A DNA stretch of 64,000 bases, taken from the human T2T-CHM13v2.0 reference genome, Homo sapiens. The notes under the pieces were generated by a model. The model did not search any database and was not told where the DNA came from. It saw nothing but the letters and a program-made list of their open reading frames with translations. The stretch's first letter is position 1, and each line of letters opens with the position of its first letter. A program made the position numbers and the translations under genes. Location of the stretch: NCBI RefSeq assembly GCF_009914755.1, contig NC_060930.1; one strand, given 5' to 3'. Shown in pieces: positions 55,353-64,000 of the stretch.

Positions 55353-56349
55353 CTGAAGAAATAATAGCAAATTGGGTTTGGGAATCTCTGTTTTACTATG
55401 ATTGAATTGGAGAAAGACTCAGATTATTTTATTAAATGCTACCTTTAGAAGGATGGAAAAATATAAATCCTAAAAGCAATTTATAGTTTTCATGGTGTTG
55501 ACCATTTTTTTGGTTTCTTTTTCTTTTATTCATTTATTTGTTTATTTATTTTTTAGTTCACTTCATAGTGACAGAGAGAAAATTTTGCAGGATCAACACT
55601 GTTACTCGATTTGCAGTTGACAGTTTGGTGTTTTTAACTGTATCTACTGCTTTGGAGGAATTCTTGACCTACTTCAGAATGAGCTTTTCCAGTAAATTCA
55701 ACCTTTAGTGATCATCTTAGCCACAAATCTTTCTTAGATGACTCCTCAAAGATAAAATGTATCTTGATCAGGCTACTCTACTTTAGTTGGTAGTCTATTT
55801 TTTTCTTTTTGAAATTATTTCAGTTTAAAAAAATATGATTTTAAAAATTAGGTGGGCTGTTTTTTTCATGTTTTATTTTGTGTTTGTAATTTTAAGGAAA
55901 TATGTTATGGTATATTTCTCCATCATTTTGTTGTTATTTCTTCAAATTAGATTTTTCTACCTTAGTAGCAAAGTATGACAACCTGCAATTCATATTAAAA
56001 TAAATACTTTATTTTATGCACATGAATATATCTAAGAACAAAAAGATGTCCATGATTAACAGAGTCAGGTTCCAAAACTTAACATTCTTTTTAAAGGCTT
56101 CGCTCATTATTGGCTTTCTTTTTTGGGCTTTAACTTTAGCATATTTGCATATAACAATCTACCAAAGGGAGCTTTGGGCTGAAAATCTGCATTTGCTCTT
56201 ATATGCCATGAGCACCAATCAATCCCATCCAAGGATAACTTTCAGAAGCAGAAATCTTTTGGAGGTAATCTTAGAGAGAACTGCAGTAATTGGCCAAAGT
56301 TTTTAGAGGATTACAGAATTTAATTGAAAAAGGAAAAGAAATGTCAATT

Positions 56350-56545
56350 ACTAAGGGTTTCTTATGTGTTGGGCAGTCTATTCTGCATTTTTGTATCCCT
56401 TAACTCCATTAAATTATCCTGTACATTTAGATTTTTGGACCCAGTTTTACATCTTCAGGGTCAGCAAGATGAGATAAATCTCCGAGGTTCACAAAGTTAG
56501 TAAGTAGTGAATCTGGAACAGCAATCCAGACCTGTGTGACATTCT
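56350..56545 (-). mobile_element. MIR
   Basis: cccagttttaca..gaggttcacaaagttagtaagtagtgaatctggaa. Confidence 0.6.
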
Positions 56546-56679
56546 TTCCATATTGTCGGTGGAATATGAAAAATCTGCTTTTATGTTGTTCTTTATGCTG
56601 TTGCAATCCATGAAGGAGTTTTGGTATACTTCTACTACTGTAACACATTTTAGATGTTCTTGCACTTATGTATGCATGC

Positions 56680-56800
56680 ATGTATTCACTAATTCATCCT
56701 CTCAACAAATAATTATTGAGTGCCTACTATATTTTAGGAACTGTTTCACAATCTGGGATTAACCAAGATTGTGAACAACACAGACAAAAATACTGATCAC
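56680..56800 (-). mobile_element. L2 3'-end fragment
   Basis: caacaaataattattgagtgcctactat..gtgaacaacacagacaaaaa. Confidence 0.75.
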
Positions 56801-56849
56801 AGCACTTATGTTTTACATGAGTGTGTATACCAATGTTATGGGAAATAGT

Positions 56850-57288
56850 TTCTTTCTCCAATATGTGACTTTCCTTCTGAAAATCCCCAACTTGTAGGTG
56901 ACACATGCCTGCTTAGAATAAAAGCTACAGGTTCCAGCATGCCTTGCCATTGAGTGTGGTCAAGAGATTAAATGGGAGTCTAATCTAGTGTGACTACTTT
57001 CAGGTAGTTTCTTTCAAAGAATGCTGTTGAGTCCCATTGCCACCTTTCTTCCCTCCTCCTTCCTGTTGCTTGGAATATGGATATATTGGCTAGGACTCCA
57101 TCCTGGAAAAGGAAGACAAGGGCCATATGGATGGCAGAGTAGAAAGTTGGAAATAGCCTGGCTTGCAGATGACAGAGGAGCTTCTAAGCCAGTTCTGGAG
57201 TGCCTACATCTAGATTGTTTGGAAAAAGAGAAATCAAATTCTATCTTACATGGGTTGCTGTTACTATCAGCTAAACCTAATCCATAGT
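56850..57288 (+). mobile_element. Old MaLR LTR (MLT1J-like)
   Basis: ggatggcagagtagaaag..gcctgg..ctggagtgcctac..ttctatctt..cagctaaacctaatcc. Confidence 0.75.
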
Positions 57289-57424
57289 AAAAAAGTATGT
57301 TTGAATTTGCAATGGATTTTATTGTTTTTCCTTGCTCAGAATGCCTTTATATCTTCTGCCTTTTCCCAGCACTACTACACCTCAATCCCAACCCTTATAC
57401 TCATGCTCAAAGTTTTCTCAGGAA

Positions 57425-57542
57425 AACATTATTTGAGCTCCTGAATCCGGCTGTGCCTGGATCTACCCTCATGACTAACATATTTCCTTTTTTTTGCTTA
57501 AGCCAATTTCAATTTCCTAAGGAAAGAGTTTTGACTGAACAG
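57425..57542 (+). mobile_element. Old LTR 3' fragment (MLT1K-like)
   Basis: tttgagctcctgaatccggctgtgcctg..tttgcttaagcca..gaaagagttttgact. Confidence 0.55.
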
Positions 57543-59074
57543 TATGCATATGTTGATTTAATGCATGTAGTTATTACTTGTTTATGTTGCAAACATGTTA
57601 TATATTGGCAAATATGTTATAAACATAGACCAATGATTAACATGTAAACATGCTGTATAGAGATCTATCCCTAGTCCTCCCATTTTTCAGTTGAAAAATC
57701 TGAGCTGCAAAGGAGCTAAATTATTTACCTTAAGTCTCAATAAAAACTCATGACTACTTAAGTTCCAGTCAATTGCAAATTGCATCTATTTTGTTGATGT
57801 CATCTTATCCACTACACATCTGAATTTGCAATGGTATAATACAAGTTATATTTTTCACTTTTATTAGTTGTACTAGTATAGTTATGCTTGAGAGGAAAAA
57901 AATAAAACCCAATATCTGTGAAGATAAAAAGAATTCCGAAGAATCTCCCCTCCCCCATTCTTTAAAATGTTATTGAACAGTAGAGAAGTAGAAGGATGAA
58001 ACATGTCATGGAGCTCAGTTTCTTCCCAGTGCAGAACTGATTCCTTGAAAATCCCTCCTAATATGCTATCCAGTCAGGGTTTAAAAGTCCCAAATGCTGA
58101 AGCTTTTATCAATTCCCTTGGAAGATTCTATCTCACATAGTAGTCTGGAGCATACCAAACAGTTCCTGAAACCCAAAGTAAGCTCCTTTATTGCTGTCAC
58201 TTGTGAGATTTTACTGCCCAAACATAGTTCGCTTTTTTTCTTCATGAATGCCCTTACTGACGTTTGGTTCTTGTTCTTGTCTTTGAACATTCTATTAGTC
58301 GCATATCTGTACAGATTGACTCCATTCTCTCTTGATAAATCCATTTGACTTATAACTGAATTCTGAACCCTTTCCAAAAAATTGTGACATATTTTATATA
58401 CTTTTGTCACCTCTTGGAGGTAAAAAACCAGGGGCTTCTGTATGTAAGTACAAATTTGACATAGAGGATGGAGTATAACTCAATAAATTGTAGCCATTTA
58501 TCTAATGTAGATATTGACATGTATATTTTTAATGTGATTTTTAAAAGTTGTGTTCAAACTTTGATAGACCTGAAATACCTTTTGCTTCTAATGTTCTGGT
58601 TAAATAAAACAATTTTTATATTCTCCTTGGAAAGGTCAAAAATTAACTTTCAAAAATTAATTAAGTTTCCAGTACGTGCCCATTTTACTTAAAATAAAAG
58701 CAAAATTCTTTGCTATGAACTATGAGGTCTAATTTAACTCCACCCTGCCTGCCTTCTTCTTGCTTTCTAACCCAGTGGACCAGCTACCCTAAGCTTAAAT
58801 ACACGACTAGTTTTTTTCTGCTTTTTGTCTCAGCCTCTCAGCTACCTCCTGCCCCACTTTATTCTCTGTTTTTATCCCCTTTACTTCTTACTTATCTCCA
58901 TTTGCCATTACTGATATTATTTTCTGATTGCTCTGCTAGAGTCTAAGCTACTTTGCATGGGAGCAGGGGTCACATGTTTCCATCACCATTTTTAAAAAAA
59001 TTAACACTGTGCTATTACCTGTATATTATACGTTGTTTACCTAGTAGTATGTGTTCTAATATTTGGGAAACAAA

Positions 59075-59225
59075 TATTAGACATATGTATATGTCTAATA
59101 CATATATATGTATATATGTATTAGATAGATATATATGTGTATGTATATGTATATATGTATACATATATGTGTATGTATATGTATATATGTATACATATAT
59201 GTGTATATATATGACTATATATGTG
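59075..59225. repeat. (TA/TG)-rich simple repeat with nested palindromes
   Basis: Directly visible. Confidence 0.9.
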
Positions 59226-59339
59226 TCAATACATGAGTTTGGAGTAAAAAACATAAATATTTTCAAAAAATGCATGTCATATATAATCAAATTCTATTAT
59301 GACTGTTAGTTACTAGATGAATTCAGAGACTTATAAAAT

Positions 59340-59490
59340 ATTATTGTTGAAAAGAAACTAAGACGACATTTAGTGTAACATCTTATTTTCTAGATGAGGA
59401 GGCTGAGACCCAAAGAGAATAAATAACTTGTCATATAGATCATAAATGACAGATGTAAGACTAAAGGTCTTGTCTCCTGGGTGCTCTTGA
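59340..59490 (-). mobile_element. MIR (MIR3/MIRc-like)
   Basis: cttattttctagatgaggaggctgagacccaaagag..taacttgtc. Confidence 0.75.
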
Positions 59491-60039
59491 TGCCTCTGTA
59501 TGTCACCTTCAGTTTGTTTTTGAATCCCTCAATATTTGTTATTGCATTTTAATTGTATCAAAATAACTTCTAGAATTAACAGGTGGCATTGGTCTTCTCT
59601 ACCCCCGCCCCCAGACTTTCCTCCTTATGCTTTACATTCAGAAGAAAAGATGACAATACAGATGCCCTTACCTTTATTTTTATTAAGTACTATTTGTTGA
59701 TAATACATATTTTTTTCTCACAGTAGGAACCTGGTTGTACTTTTTTTTTTTTTTTTTAAATTGACTTTGATGCTGAAAGAGTTCTGGTTTGTTAAATGCT
59801 GCCCCTAGACCTCTCTCTCCGTGCCTTCTACTCCTACTTTCCGTAACTTTACTATAGCGCCATTCATCACACCAAAGAAGGAGATAAAACAAAAAAAGGG
59901 CCAGCGAAGCTTTGTGAAACTCTGAGTAAAATGAGCATTTTATGTTAAGCAAGTAAAAGAGGTGGGAACAGTGTGGGCTGTTTAATGTCTGCAAACTGCT
60001 TGTAAGGGATATAAGGATCAGTTAGTGTTTAAAAACTGC

Positions 60040-60251
60040 ACAGGAAGGGGAACATCACACTCTGGGGACTGTTGTGGGGTGGGGGGAGCGGGGAGGGATA
60101 GCTTTAGGAGATATACCTAATGCTAAATGATGAGTTAATGGATGCAGCACACCAGCATGGCGCATGTATACATATGTAACTAACCTGCACATTGTGCACA
60201 TGTACCCTAAAACTTAAAGTATAATAATAATAATGAAAAAAAAAAGAAAAA
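60040..60251 (+). mobile_element. L1PA3-like 3'-end stub (about 210 bp)
   Basis: ggggaacatcacactctggggactgttgtgggg..gtaccctaaaacttaaagtataat plus A tail; TSD aaaaactgc at 60031 and 60252; TT|AAAA target. Confidence 0.95.
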
Positions 60252-61179
60252 AAAAACTGCTTTGAGCCCAGGAGAGTAACTTGTAAAAATAGTGATTAGA
60301 TTTATTCTGTGAGGCGAAGAAAGGAGCATGCTAAGGGTGAATTGGAGGGAGTGTTGAGGGCTGTATCCTTAAGGACACAGTACCCTAACCCAGTTGTTGA
60401 TTTAAAAGTTATATAAAAATGTGTAAAATATTAAAGTGTCTAGAGATGTTTAATGGGTTTTAAGGTAACTTTTAATAAGGTACATTCTAGTTTTATTTAA
60501 TCAGCAGTTAGGGAAACCACTCTGGCTGAACCATTAGAACACAGGCTAATAAAATACAACACAAAGCTTCTTGGTGGATGTAGCAATATTGTAAGGCTTG
60601 ATGAAAATGAAAAGAGTCTAAATGAAGCCATAACAATTGGGAAGCAAGACATTTCCTGGGGATTAACGACAGGCTGGGTGGAGTTGATGGACCATGGCTA
60701 TTCTGTGGGCCATTAACCTCAGTTGATCATTAATTCCCAAGAAATACCTGATGGTGAGGTCATTACTATAATTACCACCTTAAAGCGGGAAGGAGGATGG
60801 TAGACTCAAGAGTGGTGAAGTTAAAAGACTGGTGATTATTTCATATAAAGCGAGTACTTTATAGACCAAAGGGCTATAAGGTTTATTGAGTCATTTCTCA
60901 GTTTGTAAATGGGAACGAAGCATGAAGTGTCCCCCTTTTTACAGAAGACTGAGTAAAGGAGTGGGACAAAGAAGCATGTTAGTAGCACAAATGGTAAAGG
61001 GTGAGATTTTTTGTTCAAACTAGCTTCTTGAAAAATGACTGATGGAACATTGAGAGCATTTCTGGTGATGCAAGTTATCCAACAATGGCAGAGTTCAGTA
61101 GTGTTTTGGGTTTGATGTACATACTGCCTTATTTGCATTGGTCTTTTTTTGACTTTAAATTTGATGGATTGAGGACAAG

Positions 61180-61320
61180 GTCTAGGAGTGAGGTTAAAGG
61201 CTTGGCTTTGCAGGGAATATGATTTTGGGCACTTGCCTTCTCTGGGTTTCAATTTCTTCATCTGTAAAGATGAAGGGATAGATCTAGGTATCTCTAAAGA
61301 CCAGTCCAGCTCTGAAGCTT
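61180..61320 (+). mobile_element. MIR3-like
   Basis: tttcttcatctgtaaagatgaagggatagatctag..tctctaa..tccagctctga. Confidence 0.75.
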
Positions 61321-61844
61321 ATCTGATGTGTATTTAAGGAGTCAAAGATCCTCCTAAGATAAGACCTACAGAGCTCTGGAATAGTGAGGTAAAACACTGA
61401 CTGGTAGAGGAAACCAAAAGCTTCTCCTAGAGGATAAGCAGCTTTATGTAGTTGGGATTGAAGCTTCCTAATTCAAATTATTGATGGTATTTATTTATTT
61501 TTGAGACTGATTCATTCTAGGTTGCAGGCTTCTAGCAAAACAAAAATTATTTAAATGGCAATTCCCTACTCTTCTAATTGAAAATTTAATTTTAAAAAGA
61601 ATTCTACAGGCAGCTGATTCCCTATTCTCCCACTGTGAGATCCAGTGGTGCCAGAGGGTGGTTTTATTGCTGGTTAATATTTCAAAGCCAAAGACTTCTA
61701 TATATTAATGGGATTTGAATTAGAAGATTAAAGCTCAGACACGGGATGAAATAAGGCTACGTAGTTTACCATGCTGACTCACCTTCTCAACCTTAACATT
61801 CTGCTCATTTCATTCTCTCATCCACTAGAACTTTATGACATGCT

Positions 61845-62330
61845 CATTAATTCAATCATCTGTTCTTTCAACAGTTGTTAAGCACTTTCTGTGGGCCAGG
61901 AACTGTGTTATTGTGTTATGAAACTAAAGGTGAATAAGACATAGCTCTTGACCTCTAAGGAATCACAATTTCATACACATCAATATACTAAAAGAAAGGA
62001 AGAAAGAATATTAGTGGCTTTCATAAAAGAACTAGGTGCACAAAATAGGAAGTAGTCTACCCTTCCCAGAGGTGTCATGGAGCTCAGGCAAGGTATCACA
62101 GAAAGCCTTTGATCTTAAAGGACGAATGGGGATTATTATGCTGTGACCCAGGTGGGGAATGGCTTGCTCCACAAAAATACAAGAGTTGAGCACATGAAGG
62201 AGTGGCAAGTAATTAAATATGACTGGAACAGAGAGAAAGTGGAGATGAGACTAAAGGGGTCATAAGGTCAGGTCATGAAAGGCTTTTTGCATATTATCAT
62301 AATGAGTTTGGAGTTTATCCTTTGGGTAAG
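61845..62330 (-). mobile_element. L2 3' region
   Basis: ttcaacag..aagcactttctgtgggccaggaactgtg..gtgaataagacatag..gagtttggagtttatcct. Confidence 0.8.
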
Positions 62331-62819
62331 GGTGGAGTAATTACAATAATCTCATGTTCCCATTTGGGAATAACTTCCCGCTCTTCTTTTTTGTTGTTAT
62401 CATCTCAAAGTGTCTAGTTCAAACCAGATCCTGATATGGCATTTACTTTAATTAGGAAATTGGTTAGAAAATGGAAACAATAGGCAGTAAAATAGCACTA
62501 TTTAAAATAGGCTTATAGTTTCAATTGTAAATATAAAAAAAACAGTATCAGAGCTGGAATATGCTAGGAATAAGTATAGTCTAATACTGGTGTTGTCTCG
62601 AATTTAAAACACACTTAATTTAACTACCTTGGAAAATAGTAGGTGATATAGCCATGGCTAGCATATTTTAAAACTCACTGTTAGAGCAGAGTTTCCCTAA
62701 TCAAAATTATTTCATAAAATAACAGACTTGTTTTGGTATTTTCAGGTATAATGTGCAATATAAATACCTTTAAATGTTGATCAGAAAGTTTGAAAAAGAG
62801 GTTTGGTGAATGGCTAAAA

Positions 62820-62970
62820 TACTGACTGGGAGCCAGAAAGATGTTATTCTATTTCCTATTACTTTTGGAAAAATCTTCAGACTTTTCTGTGTCTGTTTCT
62901 TCATCAATAAAATGAGAGTGTTGAAATTTATAACCCTCAAAATCTCTTCTGGTTCTAAGATACTGTGATT
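62820..62970 (+). mobile_element. MIR3-like
   Basis: gactgggagccagaaga..ctgtttcttcatcaataaaatgag..ttctaagatactgtgatt. Confidence 0.7.
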
Positions 62971-63589
62971 CAATTGCAGCCTAATGTCCACAACAAAGCA
63001 TAGGAATCAATAAATGTATTTATTCTCCCAGTGATTATATACTGCTAACCTTCATTGAAGATAGTTAGTTGTTCTTACATGCTCCACAACACAAGTTCTA
63101 CCAGATCCTAAATGAGTATTTTTATTTTTTTTCAGTGAGTGGATGGATGTGTCAGTACTGAGGCACCATTTCAAATACACTTTAAGAAGTAGCTGCAATT
63201 CTGTCTCCTTCTTGACCTTTGGCTGTACCCACTTGGCTAACTTCCAACTCCTGGTGGAACCAAACATTTGTTTTCTCTGCTTTTGCTTCTAGAATAAAAA
63301 AAAAAAATCCCATTTCTTTGTTTATCGGCTTTATAATAATTTTTGTTATAAACTTGGTTGAGCCTTCAATATAACACCCCCAAACTTTTACTTATCTCTG
63401 GGTGTTCCCATAGAAATGATTCTACATTTCTAGGCCTCTTCTAAAGTTCCTAGCACAATTCAGCAAATTGTCTTGGCTTGCTTTTTCACTGATAAGATAG
63501 AAACTCTCATTATATGGACAGAGCCCCTTCACAAATTCTTCTTTTCCTCCGACACATTTACCCTACATTTCTATACATCTTTCTTTTTA

Positions 63590-63927
<338 letters not shown>

Positions 63928-64000
63928 CTGTTTTCTTTTATTTCTGAATGGAAGGCAAGTGTTTCCTCTTTTCTGTGGTGTCCTGATCCACTTTTACTCT

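Noticed and set aside
58953-59309. 118-aa and 91-aa ORFs rich in Y/I/V/M
   Set aside because: Translations of the TA/TG simple repeat.

Overview
This is 64 kb of AT-rich, CpG-depleted primate genomic DNA, probably human or another ape because it carries AluY and an L1PA3-like element. It looks intronic or intergenic. Much of it is recognisable interspersed repeat: 6 Alus, old L1M copies, a 2 kb L1PA15/16-like element, a short L1PA3-like stub, many L2, MIR and L3 fragments, MaLR LTRs (MLT1, MST, THE1D), an ERV1 solo LTR, MER20, Tigger3a and several STRs. No ORF in the supplied track is a credible gene; they come from Alu, L1, L2, LTR or low-complexity sequence, or from chance. I see no CRISPR array, RNA gene or prokaryote-like system, and I cannot name the locus. 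The best hidden signals are two short, frame-preserving minus-strand exon candidates that the ORF track cannot show: a CpG-retaining 60-nt exon (55293-55352) and a 9-nt microexon with neural-microexon-like flanks (5513-5521). Other observations are a template-switch double hairpin inside an MST LTR, an L2 with an apparent internal inversion, a diverged 94-bp tandem duplication, Alu-derived STRs and a few enhancer-like motif clusters. Repeat subfamily names come from recalled consensus sequences compared by eye, and boundaries of old repeats are approximate.
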